Part shown: positions 10,516 to 19,898 of the stretch, piece after piece
How the letters are laid out: every line of letters starts with the position of its first letter
Position numbering within the stretch: position 1 is the stretch's first letter
Assembly: GCA_030674475.1 (NCBI GenBank)
Contig: JAUSCZ010000041.1
Span: 3,481-67,480 of the forward strand
Length of the DNA stretch: 64,000 bases
Direction of reading: 5' to 3'
DNA from: Candidatus Omnitrophota bacterium
GTDB lineage: Bacteria > Omnitrophota > Gorgyraeia > Gygaellales > UBA12090
Notes under the pieces: model-generated
The model's database searches: none
What the model was told of the DNA's origin: nothing
What the model saw: the letters and a program-made list of their open reading frames with translations, nothing else
Made by a program: the position numbers and the translations under genes

Positions 10516-11563
10516 CTTTTTCTGACACCACCGAGGCTCTACGTAACCTGTCCATTATTGCCGCGCCCAATCCTTCTTCCTTCACGCCTTCGGCGATAAT
10601 AACGTCTACTTGGTCTTGGTCAAAATCTCTTAGCGCGGAAAACAGATTAGCGGCACAAAGAACAGCGTCATTTCCGGGACCAAATAACTTTACGTTGAAA
10701 TCTCCGTATCTATCTTTATTTTCAAATTTTGCCAGTATCCCGAAACGATACCCCCGCAAATCAAACTCGCGCGCCAAGTCTTTTACTTTCTCTACCTGCG
10801 TCTTGCCATTGCCTTCCACAATCAATATCTTCGCGTTCGGAGCATAATGCCGCGGATACATCCCCGCGGATAAAATACCGTCTTTTTTATAGAATTCAAT
10901 TTGAGGAATTATTCTTCGCAACTCCTCTATCCCGATTCCGCCGGGACGTAAAATAGAGAAAGGCTCCCGCGTCAAATCCACAATGGTTGATTCTACTCCG
11001 ATATTCGCGCTTCCACCGTCAATAACCAAATCGATTTTGCCATCTAAATCTTCGAGCACGTGTTGCGCGCTTGTCGGTGATGGCCTGCCGAAAAGATTAG
11101 CGCTGGGCGCGGCTACAGGAGTTTTGGCTTCTTTAATAAGGCTTAAGGCAATCTTATAATTAGGCATTCGCACCGCAACCGTATCTAAGCCGCCAGTCAC
11201 GATATCGGGAATTGCCTCCTGCTTTTTAAGAACAAGGGTAAGCGGCCCTGGCCAAAATTCGCCTATTAAGTCTAAGGTTATCTTGTCTACCTCACGCGCG
11301 ACTTTAAACAAATCCTGCTTATCGGCAATATGCACTATCAAGGGGTCTTCCAGAGGCCGTTTTTTTGCCTGAAATATTTTCGCGCAGGCAACCGGGTTCA
11401 AGGCATCCGCGCCTAAACCGTAGACGGTTTCGGTGGGAAAAGCAACTAAGGCGCCTTCTTTAATAATTTGGCTTGCCTTTTTAATTTTGGAAATGTCTGG
11501 CGCGTAAGCATCAATCTTTAAAATCTCCGTAACCATCTTATAAGCCTTAAAAAACAAATCCAA
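10508..11563 (-). CDS. tsaC: L-threonylcarbamoyladenylate synthase (Sua5/YwlC type: YrdC domain plus Sua5 domain)
   Basis: AFPTETVYGLGADALNP YrdC signature and a ~350-aa length consistent with the Sua5 C-terminal domain. The true start may be the internal ATG at MVTEILK. Confidence 0.8.
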   Translation of the reverse strand: MDLFFKAYKMVTEILKIDAYAPDISKIKKASQIIKEGALVAFPTETVYGLGADALNPVACAKIFQAKKRPLEDPLIVHIADKQDLFKVAREVDKITLDLIGEFWPGPLTLVLKKQEAIPDIVTGGLDTVAVRMPNYKIALSLIKEAKTPVAAPSANLFGRPSPTSAQHVLEDLDGKIDLVIDGGSANIGVESTIVDLTREPFSILRPGGIGIEELRRIIPQIEFYKKDGILSAGMYPRHYAPNAKILIVEGNGKTQVEKVKDLAREFDLRGYRFGILAKFENKDRYGDFNVKLFGPGNDAVLCAANLFSALRDFDQDQVDVIIAEGVKEEGLGAAIMDRLRRASVVSEKDV

Positions 11564-11623
11564 TTACAAATATTAATACAATTAACCTTTGCATGGCTCC
11601 TCCTTTTTATCTGGTTATTAAAT

Positions 11624-11989
11624 TCAAAAGCCATCTTTCAAATCTTTATTTAAAGTAAACATCTCAACCCTCTCTCCTGTTTCCGGATTAAAGCTTGAAT
11701 GGACATCAACCACTTCAGCGCCGGTTAATTCTTTTATGGTTTGTTCTAACAAAGGTTTAATCTTTTCGATAAGCTTTTCTTTTAATTCCTTTATCAATTC
11801 CATCCCCTCTTCTTTTTTGACCATCATTCTTTCTGCCGGAGGCAAGACCCCTTTAAATCTGACGATTATCGTATCGCCCGCCACTTCGGCGGCTGCTGTT
11901 TCAACCTGCTCGCCAATTTGCTCTTTTAATATCATAGTTAACTTCTGGCAAATCATCACTTCAACATCCTGTTTTGACTTAATAGTCAT
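11624..11989 (-). CDS. DUF2294 / MpsC-like small protein (paralog 1)
   Basis: 121 aa. It shares the IIVRFKGVLPPAE ... VVDVHSSFNPETGERVEMF pattern with the ORF at 15173..15544 (VLVRLKGVLTPAE ... VRSLHTDISTRTGERVIIF). RBS ggagg lies upstream. The family name is from memory. Confidence 0.5.
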   Translation of the reverse strand: MTIKSKQDVEVMICQKLTMILKEQIGEQVETAAAEVAGDTIIVRFKGVLPPAERMMVKKEEGMELIKELKEKLIEKIKPLLEQTIKELTGAEVVDVHSSFNPETGERVEMFTLNKDLKDGF

Positions 11990-12094
11990 AGTGCGGCCTC
12001 CTTTACATCAAGCAGGTTCCTCAATTCTCTTTTTTGCCCCTTTTATAGCCTCTTCATCATTAGTGCTCCGTCAAATTAATTCTTATGGGTAAGC

Positions 12095-12243
12095 GGAATT
12101 TGACTCCGCACTTCCGCTAGGGGGGCAAGCCCCCCCATTCGGCGCTCACTTCGCTGAGCACCCCCCAAACGTGGGGGACGGTCTCCCCCACACCCCCTTT
12201 AATGCACTGTCCAACACATAAGAATTTATTTAACAGTGCATTA
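12095..12243. other. GC-rich structured intergenic element (multiple hairpins; G-tracts on the minus strand) between purC and the DUF2294 gene
   Basis: gggggcaagccccccc and gtgggggacggtctcccccac hairpins, gcggagtcaaattccgc, and a 10-bp inverted repeat aatgcactgt...acagtgcatt overlapping the purC stop. The composition is strongly atypical for the surrounding AT-rich intergenic DNA. Confidence 0.4.
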
Positions 12244-13140
12244 GAATAATTTTAGCGCTTCTCCCGTAAACATCTCGAGGGCCTGTAAGTATTTTTCAGA
12301 GGTCTTTAAAACTATTTCTTCGGGCAATTCCGGAGCCGGTGCTGTTTTATCCCAATCCAACGTCTCAAGATAATCCCTCACGAACTGTTTGTCAAAGCTC
12401 GGCTGCGCCTGGCCCGGCCGATAGCGGTCTTTCGGCCAAAAACGCGAAGAATCCGGGGTTAACACTTCGTCAATAAGGATGACCTCGTCCTGGTATAAGC
12501 CAAACTCGAACTTCGTATCGGCAATAATTATGCCTTTTGGTTCAGCATACGCGCTTGCCTTTAAATACAGAGCCAGACTCAATTCTTTTAGCTGGGTAGT
12601 GATTTCTTTGCCCAGTTCCCGCTCTACGTAATCCTGCGAAACGTTAATGTCGTGACTGACATCTTCTTTGGTTGAGGGAGTAAAAATAGGCTCCGGCAGC
12701 TTATCCGACTCCTTAAGCCCGGAGGGCAATTTTAGGCCGCAAATTGACCGGCTTTGCTGATATTCTTTCCAGCCTGAGCCGGAAAGATAACCTCTTACAA
12801 TACATTCAACCGGTATGGATTTGGCTTTTTTGACCAGCATGGAGCGGCCTTTTAGAATATCCTTATATTTTGATAATTCTTCAGGGTAACCGTTGACCTC
12901 CGCGGTAATCAAGTGATTAACAACAATATCTTTGGTAAACTCAAACCAAAACAGGCTCAACTTAGTTAAAACTTCCCCTTTATGCGGTATGCAAGTAGGC
13001 AAAACCACATCAAAACAGGATATTCTGTCGCTAGATATAATCAAAAGCTTATCTTTTAAGTCATAGACATCTCTTACTTTTCCTCTTTTGAAAAAATCAA
13101 TCTCGGAAAAATTGGTCATTCGCAGTGGTTCAGCAGCCAT
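12241..13140 (-). CDS. purC: Phosphoribosylaminoimidazole-succinocarboxamide synthase (SAICAR synthetase)
   Basis: 299 aa, with the N-terminal GKVRDVYD motif and a SAICAR-synthase fold pattern. Confidence 0.85.
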   Translation of the reverse strand: MAAEPLRMTNFSEIDFFKRGKVRDVYDLKDKLLIISSDRISCFDVVLPTCIPHKGEVLTKLSLFWFEFTKDIVVNHLITAEVNGYPEELSKYKDILKGRSMLVKKAKSIPVECIVRGYLSGSGWKEYQQSRSICGLKLPSGLKESDKLPEPIFTPSTKEDVSHDINVSQDYVERELGKEITTQLKELSLALYLKASAYAEPKGIIIADTKFEFGLYQDEVILIDEVLTPDSSRFWPKDRYRPGQAQPSFDKQFVRDYLETLDWDKTAPAPELPEEIVLKTSEKYLQALEMFTGEALKLF

Positions 13141-13141
13141 C

Positions 13142-14971
13142 TTAAGCGCCGCCCCTATCTGTAAACCTTATAGAATCTTCTATATCTTCAGCAGGCCTGT
13201 TGTTATTTAACTGCTCTAATAACGCCTCGTACTCTTGCAATATCTCTTGAGGCAGGCGCCCGGAAAACTGGCCTAAGAACTTTTCAATATCCTGCAATTC
13301 TGCCTGCCATTCCTTAGGATTAACCTCAAAGAGTTTATCCAACTGCCGCGGCGGGATATTTAACCCCGACAACTCTAAGTCTTTGAGGCGAGGGATTAAT
13401 CCTATAGGGGTCTTATGGGCTTCAAGCTTGTTATTTACCCGGTCTAAAATCCATTTTAATACCCGGATATTCTCGCCAAAACCCGGCCAGATAAATTTAC
13501 CTTCATCATCAACTCTGAACCAGTTGACCGAGAATATCTTTGGCGGATGCTTTAATTTCTTACCGACGTTCAGCCAGTGCCTGAAATAATCGCCCATGTT
13601 ATAGCCGCAGAAAGGCAGCATTGCCATCGGATCCCTTCTTAATACCCCTTCCTTATGAATAGCAGCCGCGGTAGTTTCCGAGCCGGTCCTGGCCCCCAGG
13701 AACACGCCGTGCTGCCAATTAAAGGCCTCGGTAACCAAAGGGATCAACTGGGTCCTGCGTCCGCCCAGGATTATCGCCGAAATCGGCACGCCTTTAGGAT
13801 TATCAAATTCCTTGGAAAGCGTGGGTGAATTGTATATAGACACGGTAAAACGGGAATTGGGATGCGCGGCTTTTGTGTCTTTCGCGCTATCCCAGGGCTT
13901 ACCCTGCCAATCCAGCAAATTCTTAGGCACCGCCCCATCCAGGCCTTCCCACCACGGCTCATTATTGCCGGTATCTAAAGCGGTATTAGTAAAAAGGGTA
14001 GGATAGAATTTATCCGTTTTTAAAGTCCTAAGCATATTAGGATTGGTTTTCATTGAGGTGCCGGGAGCTACCCCGAATAATCCTGCTTCCGGATTAATCG
14101 CCCAGAGCCTTCCGTCGGAGCCGACGTTGAGCCAGGCAATATCATCTCCTAAAGTCCATACCTTATATCCGGGCAGCGCCGACTCCAGCATGGCAAGGTT
14201 AGTTTTCCCGCAGGCGGAAGGCAATGCCGCGGTAACATAGGTTACGTTTCCTTTAGGGTCCTCAATGCCCAGAATTACCATATGCTCGGCAAGCCAGCCT
14301 TCCTGAAAGCCCAGCCAGGAAGCGATTCTTAGAGAAAAACACTTCTTGCCTAATAAGGCATTCCCTCCATAGCCGGAGCCGATGCTCCAGACCAAATGTT
14401 CATCCGGGAAATGCATAATGAAACGTTTATTGGGATCCAGGTCGCCTATGGAATGCAGTCCCTTGACAAAATCTTCAGACTTTCCTATTTTCTCTATTGA
14501 CTTCTTGCTCATCCGGGTCATTACGCGCATACTTATGGCTACATAGGAAATATCGGTAAGCTGGACACAGGCCTTGGCATACGGCGAATCCGGATGCCCC
14601 ATCATATAAGGCAAGACATACATAGTCCTGCCGCGCATACAGCCGGAGGATAACGCGCGCATTTTTTCTTTTGCCTCGTCAGGCGCCATCCAGTTATTAT
14701 TCGGCCCGGCGGTCTCCTTATCAGAATGACAGACATAGGTCAGGTGCTCGGTGCGAGCCACATCAGTGGGATGGCTGCGATGATAATAACCATTCGGCCA
14801 GTCCTTCTGATTGAGTTTGTGAAAAATAGCCTGCCCGTTAATCTTCTCTTCCTTCATCCCTATCTCAATCAGCCTGCGGGCCTCTTCTTCCGAACCGTCA
14901 CACCAATAAATCTTATCCGGACAGGTCAGCCTTGCCTGTTCCTCAACCCACTTCTCAAGCGCTGTAGCCAT
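13142..14971 (-). CDS. pckG: Phosphoenolpyruvate carboxykinase (GTP)
   Basis: 609 aa with [21 protein letters not shown] (kinase-1a/P-loop region) and the overall GTP-PEPCK layout. Confidence 0.9.
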   Translation of the reverse strand: MATALEKWVEEQARLTCPDKIYWCDGSEEEARRLIEIGMKEEKINGQAIFHKLNQKDWPNGYYHRSHPTDVARTEHLTYVCHSDKETAGPNNNWMAPDEAKEKMRALSSGCMRGRTMYVLPYMMGHPDSPYAKACVQLTDISYVAISMRVMTRMSKKSIEKIGKSEDFVKGLHSIGDLDPNKRFIMHFPDEHLVWSIGSGYGGNALLGKKCFSLRIASWLGFQEGWLAEHMVILGIEDPKGNVTYVTAALPSACGKTNLAMLESALPGYKVWTLGDDIAWLNVGSDGRLWAINPEAGLFGVAPGTSMKTNPNMLRTLKTDKFYPTLFTNTALDTGNNEPWWEGLDGAVPKNLLDWQGKPWDSAKDTKAAHPNSRFTVSIYNSPTLSKEFDNPKGVPISAIILGGRRTQLIPLVTEAFNWQHGVFLGARTGSETTAAAIHKEGVLRRDPMAMLPFCGYNMGDYFRHWLNVGKKLKHPPKIFSVNWFRVDDEGKFIWPGFGENIRVLKWILDRVNNKLEAHKTPIGLIPRLKDLELSGLNIPPRQLDKLFEVNPKEWQAELQDIEKFLGQFSGRLPQEILQEYEALLEQLNNNRPAEDIEDSIRFTDRGGA

Positions 14972-15007
14972 TTGTTCTTTTCCTCCTATTTTTTAAAATT
15001 AATGCCC

Positions 15008-15075
15008 AATAAAAAAGCCAACATCTTTTTCCGCTTTTTCACCAAAATGAAAAAGCGGAAAAACTGATGTTGGCT
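15008..15075 (-). terminator. Rho-independent terminator-like long hairpin downstream of the DUF2294 paralog-2 gene
   Basis: Minus-strand reading gives aagccaacatc-a-gtttttccgcttttt / aaaaagcggaaaaa-gatgttggctt, a stem of about 25 bp, followed by ttttttatt. Confidence 0.55.
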
Positions 15076-15172
15076 TACTTTATAGCAGCCCCCTTTAATT
15101 CAAGGGCGTCTACCGAAGTCTTCCAATCATTACTCAATAGATATTACACTAAAATCCTGATTTTGCAAGGGT

Positions 15173-15544
15173 TTACTCTTGGAACCTGGTTTCCAAATCC
15201 TGATCCAGGATAAAAATAATTACCCGTTCTCCGGTCCTGGTGCTGATATCAGTATGCAAGCTCCTTACCTGACAGCCGGTGATATTGACCACGATATTCT
15301 CCAATAAATGCCTGGCCGCGTCCAACAGGCTGACCCGGGTCTTTTTAATCAAATCCGCGCCCTCGGCGGTCTTGGCCAGCTGTTCTTCAGCCGGGGTAAG
15401 CACTCCTTTTAGGCGCACTAAGACCATATCCTTGATGATATAGGTCCGGGTTTCCGTAGGGCCCCGCCCCATATAATCCTTTTCAAACTTTATTATCGCC
15501 TCGCTTACCTGGGCCTCAGTCTGTCCTTTGGTTATCGCGCTCAT
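15173..15544 (-). CDS. DUF2294 / MpsC-like small protein (paralog 2)
   Basis: 123 aa and a clear paralog of 11624..11989. Its ATG at 15542-15544 abuts the duplicated feoA-tail repeat. Confidence 0.5.
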   Translation of the reverse strand: MSAITKGQTEAQVSEAIIKFEKDYMGRGPTETRTYIIKDMVLVRLKGVLTPAEEQLAKTAEGADLIKKTRVSLLDAARHLLENIVVNITGCQVRSLHTDISTRTGERVIIFILDQDLETRFQE

Positions 15545-15640
15545 TTTATCAGCCTCACATAAATGCTGGAGGCCAACTCCTTATCCACGGCAAACTGGGA
15601 CTGGCCCAACTGCAGGACATTAGGAAGGGACTTTTTGAGG
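15545..15640. repeat. ~95-bp direct repeat: non-functional duplicate of the 3' end of the dtxR-feoA gene (partner 16635..16728)
   Basis: About 93% identical to 16635..16728. It would encode ...LQLGQSQFAVDKELASSIYVRLIK* with the stop overlapping the ATG of the downstream DUF2294 gene. Confidence 0.8.
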
Positions 15641-15643
15641 ACT

Positions 15644-16216
15644 CTATCCATTTTTCATCAGTTCTTTCAACGGCCTTTCAAATCTATCAAGGATTTCCGG
15701 CATTTCCAGCACATCGGAAAATTCCTTAAGCCATTTTCTAAGATAAGCTACATCTAGTTTCTTTCCCTGACGCATGATTACGCTTTCTATATCAGCCAAA
15801 TCCCGCGGCCTTCCTGCCACCGCTTTATGAATAATGAGATCTTCCGCGGAGCATATTTTTACGATATGCCCCTTTCCTAGTTTACATTCTACTGCCCGGC
15901 TTATTACTTCTTCTTCATACCCGGGAATACCGAGGGAGATATCTACTTCATAGTCTTCTTTACTCCTGATAAGGCATATTCTGTTTCTAAGGGCAAATTC
16001 CATGGCATCAGGAATACGGGCGGAAAAAACCGAAAGAATTTTTTTTATAACCTTTTTTTCTTCACCTAAATTGACCAGGATGGTAACATCCACATCGCGG
16101 GTAAATCTCGGTTCTCCCCACCATTGAAGCGCAATTCCGCCAATAAGCGCGTAGGGAATACTTTCTCGCGTTAAAAATTCGTGAACCTCCCGCATTGTCT
16201 TTAACTGCGGATTCAT
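15644..16216 (-). CDS. Pol-beta-superfamily nucleotidyltransferase (MNT / AbiEii-like), putative toxin-antitoxin component
   Basis: 190 aa. ALIGGIALQWWGEPRFTRDVDV matches the hG[GS]-x9-13-Dh[DE]h NTase motif, and the C-terminal KAVAGRPRDLADIESVI resembles MNT/AbiEii C-terminal helices. It overlaps the upstream small ORF by 4 nt. Confidence 0.55.
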   Translation of the reverse strand: MNPQLKTMREVHEFLTRESIPYALIGGIALQWWGEPRFTRDVDVTILVNLGEEKKVIKKILSVFSARIPDAMEFALRNRICLIRSKEDYEVDISLGIPGYEEEVISRAVECKLGKGHIVKICSAEDLIIHKAVAGRPRDLADIESVIMRQGKKLDVAYLRKWLKEFSDVLEMPEILDRFERPLKELMKNG

Positions 16217-16470
16217 TGTCCTCCCCTAAATCTTCCTGCCCGGTTAAAAAACTGTCTTCTTTTTAGAAGGAACTCGATTTTTTTCTTCTGAAGTATTTCC
16301 CAACTTCCCTTCCTGGTTCCTTTTTCAGCTAATTCGCATAAAGCAATATACTCGCGAGACGAATCCTCTCCCGATAGCCGGGTGAGTCTCTTCTTCTTCT
16401 CTTCAGCAATCAGTTCATCAGCCCTTTTATGGCCTTCAAGAAAACTTAATATCGTATCTTTCCTAATCAT
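16213..16470 (-). CDS. Small hypothetical protein, co-transcribed partner of the nucleotidyltransferase
   Basis: 85-aa ORF with charged, helical-looking sequence. It has a 4-nt overlap with the downstream NTase gene. No recognisable family. Confidence 0.4.
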   Translation of the reverse strand: MIRKDTILSFLEGHKRADELIAEEKKKRLTRLSGEDSSREYIALCELAEKGTRKGSWEILQKKKIEFLLKRRQFFNRAGRFRGGQ

Positions 16471-16629
16471 CTTATCCTGCCCCTAACCTCTAAATCAGCT
16501 TTTAACCCGCCCGGAATTTGCGATAGAAACGGCACTCTTCTCTTTAGTCCTTATTTTAACACTATTTTAGATTAGTTCAATGCCGTTTTTCCTTTCACTT
16601 TTATTCGCTCTTTATAAAAAGGAAAAAGG

Positions 16630-17277
16630 TTATTTTATCAGCCTCACATAAATGCTCGAGGCCAGTTCCTTATCCACGGCAAACTGGGACTGGCCCAACT
16701 GCAGGACATAGGAAGGGAATTTCTGGAGCAGGTTTACCGACATACCCGGCAGGACCCCGATGCTCATTAACTTCTGCATTTGGGAATTGTCTTTAGCGTG
16801 CAGGTAGGCAATCTCGCCCTTGTCCTTAACTTCCAACTCTGAAAGAGAAGAGACAAATTTCATCACCCTGCCCTTCTTATTCTCTTTCGCCCCGCAGCAC
16901 CTTCCAGGCGGAATAGGTTTTCCGTGCGGGCAGACCTTAGGATGGCCCAAGACAATACAGACATTCTCCTCAACTCCCTCATGAAGAAGATGTTCAAACT
17001 TACAGCTGACTTCATTGATCCCCTTATCTTTGATATCCAGGACATCAACCAATAGCCGTTCCGCCAGGCGGTGGCGGCGCAGGGCCTTCTGGGCTTCGGT
17101 CTTTCCCTTATCCAAGAGATGGATATGGTCAACATCCCGGCGGATATAGCCTAATTTCACCAACTCTTCAATTGCCGGGTCATCCCGGCCCATCCCTAAA
17201 TCCAGGGGTTTCTTGCCCTGCTCCTCCATCTGCACTGCCAGGGCCTCTAATATTTCCTCCGCGTGTTCGGAAAGCAT
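16630..17277 (-). CDS. DtxR/MntR-family metal-dependent transcriptional regulator with C-terminal FeoA (SH3-like) domain
   Basis: RRHRLAERLLVDVL dimerisation/metal-binding region of DtxR. The C-terminal VKDKGEIAYL...LMSIGVLPGMSVNLLQKFP..YVLQLGQSQFAVDKELASSIYV is the FeoA pattern. Confidence 0.75.
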   Translation of the reverse strand: MLSEHAEEILEALAVQMEEQGKKPLDLGMGRDDPAIEELVKLGYIRRDVDHIHLLDKGKTEAQKALRRHRLAERLLVDVLDIKDKGINEVSCKFEHLLHEGVEENVCIVLGHPKVCPHGKPIPPGRCCGAKENKKGRVMKFVSSLSELEVKDKGEIAYLHAKDNSQMQKLMSIGVLPGMSVNLLQKFPSYVLQLGQSQFAVDKELASSIYVRLIK

Positions 17278-17295
17278 ATTTCCTCCCTTAATTAA

Positions 17296-18765
17296 TTATA
17301 ACGCTATATGCAAAAGGTTTAAAATAAGATTTACCAAATACCCTATACTAAAAGAAAAAAACAGGATAAATATTGACATCCCGATCCCCATTTTTATGCC
17401 CCGCTCCTTAACATTCATAAGCAACTGGGCAATGCAGGGCAGGAACAAAGTCAAGGTGATGCAGGATACCACTAACTGATTCCCGGAGAGCAATCCGGCC
17501 TTCTTTAAATCATACAGCCCGGCGGCCCCGTAATCCCGGCGGAAGAAACCGAACAAAAAGGCCACTGCCGCCTGATCCGGCAGGCCGAGGGCGCGGATAG
17601 GGTGTTCCAGGATTCTTACGCAGACACCAAAGATCCCTGTAATCTGGCCTAACCAGATAAGCAGGCTGGCAAAGATGAATAAAGGGAATATTTCTTTGAA
17701 ATACCACTTCAGGCGGCTCCAGGTCTTGCGCAGGACATTGGAAAACTGCGGCAGTCGTAATGGCGGTATCTCCATATAAAAGGTAGGCAGTTCCCCAGGC
17801 ATAATCTTAGCCGCCAAGAAACCCACCAGCAGGAAAACCAGAATAATTACCCCCAGCCAGACCACCAGGCCTAACGGACTACCCTCTAAGAGGGCAAAGA
17901 TCACCCCCATTTGTGCCGAGCAAGGAATAGCCAAAGCTAAAAGCAAGGTAGCAATAATCCGCTCCCTTTTAGTAGGCAGTGTCCGGGTAACCATTGTAGC
18001 CATAGTATCGCAGCCAAAGCCCAAAACCAAAGGTATCACTGCCCGGCCGGAAAGGCCTATCCTCTTAAACAACTGATCCACCAGCATTGCCAGTCTCGGA
18101 AGGTATCCGGTATCCTCCACAATGGCAAAGGCAAAGAAAAAAGTAGCCACTATCGGCAGAATTATAGCAAAGGCATAGCGCACCCCCAGGGTTATCACCC
18201 CGTATTCCCCCACCAAGAGATCCTGCAAAAGCTTAAACGGTATCAGGGCAGTTACCCACTGGGTTACCCAGGGATTGATATGATTTATAAAAACCTTGTT
18301 TTCCAGGAAATCCACCAGGAACCCGGAGCCAAAACTGCCCACGAACTTATACAGCCCGTAGTAGAGAACAAATAAAAGTATGGGCGCTCCGGTCAGCGGA
18401 TTCATCATAATCCGGCTCAAGCGCTCCTGTATGCCCATTTTAGGCTTACTCCCAAAAACCATCACCCGGCCGGAAATTAAGCTGGCCTCCTCTTGGCGGC
18501 GTAGGCTAATAAGATAGTTCAGCGGCTGAGAATAATGGGCCTTGGCCTCGCCAATAGCCTTTTCTATCTCAAAAAAATTCCCGGGCTCTTTTTCCTTGAC
18601 CAATCCCAGGATTTCCGCGTCCTCCTGTAAAAGCAGAAGGGCCAAGGAGCGCTTGGTTATTTTATAGCCGCTTCCCTGAAGCAAGGCCTCAATCCGGGAA
18701 ATATAGACCTCAATGGTATCGTTATATCCTACATTACAGCTATTTTTCGGCTCGGTTTTTGACAT
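17296..18765 (-). CDS. feoB: Ferrous iron transporter FeoB, helical and membrane domains (split gene, part 2)
   Basis: About 490 aa and polytopic. An N-terminal soluble helical segment (YNDTIEVYISRIEALL) is followed by the FeoB core membrane domain. The likely ATG is at 18763-18765. It overlaps the G-domain ORF by about 26 nt in another frame. Confidence 0.8.
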   Translation of the reverse strand: MSKTEPKNSCNVGYNDTIEVYISRIEALLQGSGYKITKRSLALLLLQEDAEILGLVKEKEPGNFFEIEKAIGEAKAHYSQPLNYLISLRRQEEASLISGRVMVFGSKPKMGIQERLSRIMMNPLTGAPILLFVLYYGLYKFVGSFGSGFLVDFLENKVFINHINPWVTQWVTALIPFKLLQDLLVGEYGVITLGVRYAFAIILPIVATFFFAFAIVEDTGYLPRLAMLVDQLFKRIGLSGRAVIPLVLGFGCDTMATMVTRTLPTKRERIIATLLLALAIPCSAQMGVIFALLEGSPLGLVVWLGVIILVFLLVGFLAAKIMPGELPTFYMEIPPLRLPQFSNVLRKTWSRLKWYFKEIFPLFIFASLLIWLGQITGIFGVCVRILEHPIRALGLPDQAAVAFLFGFFRRDYGAAGLYDLKKAGLLSGNQLVVSCITLTLFLPCIAQLLMNVKERGIKMGIGMSIFILFFSFSIGYLVNLILNLLHIAL

Positions 18766-19243
18766 ATTCCTCAATCTTTCCCCTTAAGACATCTATGCCT
18801 TTGCCGGTGGTAGAAACCGTCCCGGCGACCGGGATATTTAATTCCTTCTCCAGCCGGGCAATATCAATCCTTATTCCGGCTTTCTGGGCCTCATCCATAA
18901 TGTTTAAAACCAGGATAACCCCAAGGCCCGCCTCTAATAATTGCAGGGTCAGAGGCAGCATCCGCTCTAAATTCCGGGCATCAATCACATGCAGGATGAC
19001 TACCGGGCCCTCATCCAGCAAGATTGACCGGCCCACCCTTTCCTCCTCGGTTATAGAGAATAGGGAATACATTCCTGGGGTATCCACAATCTCAAACTGC
19101 TCATCCCCTATTTTGCATTTTCCGCGGGAGACCTCCACCGTTGTCCCGGGATAATTGGAGACCACGGCGTAACTGCCGGTGAGGCCATTAAAGAGGACTG
19201 ATTTACCTACATTAGGAGAACCGACTATGGCTATTTTACGCAT
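18740..19243 (-). CDS. feoB: FeoB N-terminal GTPase (G) domain (split gene, part 1)
   Basis: MRKIAIVGSPNVGKSVLFN P-loop (G1), DTPG (G3) and NIMD (G4). 167 aa ending ...YVKNRAEK*. Confidence 0.85.
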   Translation of the reverse strand: MRKIAIVGSPNVGKSVLFNGLTGSYAVVSNYPGTTVEVSRGKCKIGDEQFEIVDTPGMYSLFSITEEERVGRSILLDEGPVVILHVIDARNLERMLPLTLQLLEAGLGVILVLNIMDEAQKAGIRIDIARLEKELNIPVAGTVSTTGKGIDVLRGKIEEYVKNRAEK

Positions 19244-19887
19244 TAGCTTCCCCTTAAATCACTTACTATTTTTAGCGCCTTTTTCACCGCGGAGGCGGCA
19301 GCCCGTGAAGATATAGTTGCCGAAGTAACCGCGTCTATATTCCTGCCGACTACGATCTGGTCATTTAGGGACTTATCGCGAAACTGCTTCAAGAAAGACC
19401 TCCGTTTTATTTCCGAGCCGAATAGGTCGCGAAATTCCAGAACAAATATATCCACTACTTTTTCCTTATTATCTATGCCCACCAAAAAGGTGATAGGCTT
19501 AACCTTTCCCATCTCATCAAGCACAACTGCCCAACCGATGGTTTTCCCCTCTTGAATAATGGTGGAAATCTCAACCGGCTGGGCATTTAAAACTCTTTTT
19601 TCTGTTTTATGCTCCTGAAACAAAGGGAAAATCCTTCTTATCGCCTCTTCTCTTGTTATATATACTTCAGCGAAACTGATAGCTGAAAATAACCAAGACA
19701 AGATTGCTAAACTCAAGAAAAATCTGCCCTGCAGAGCAGAAACTTTTGGCAGATTTTTCTTGATCCTGAAGCGCTCGTTTCTATAACTTGTTGAAGCGCC
19801 GAAGGATCTGATATGGGTAACCTGATATACTTTCCTATGCTCCAAGAAACCTGCCTTTAAAAATTTAATCATAATAATTAGGGACAA
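19243..19887 (-). CDS. FMN-binding domain membrane protein (RnfG/NqrC-like FMN_bind)
   Basis: TM/signal segment plus the C-terminal VTSATISSRA motif, the conserved Thr/Ser flavinylation site of FMN_bind domains. It is co-oriented with feoB. Start uncertain. Confidence 0.6.
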   Translation of the reverse strand: MSLIIMIKFLKAGFLEHRKVYQVTHIRSFGASTSYRNERFRIKKNLPKVSALQGRFFLSLAILSWLFSAISFAEVYITREEAIRRIFPLFQEHKTEKRVLNAQPVEISTIIQEGKTIGWAVVLDEMGKVKPITFLVGIDNKEKVVDIFVLEFRDLFGSEIKRRSFLKQFRDKSLNDQIVVGRNIDAVTSATISSRAAASAVKKALKIVSDLRGS

Positions 19888-19898
19888 ATTCCTAATTG

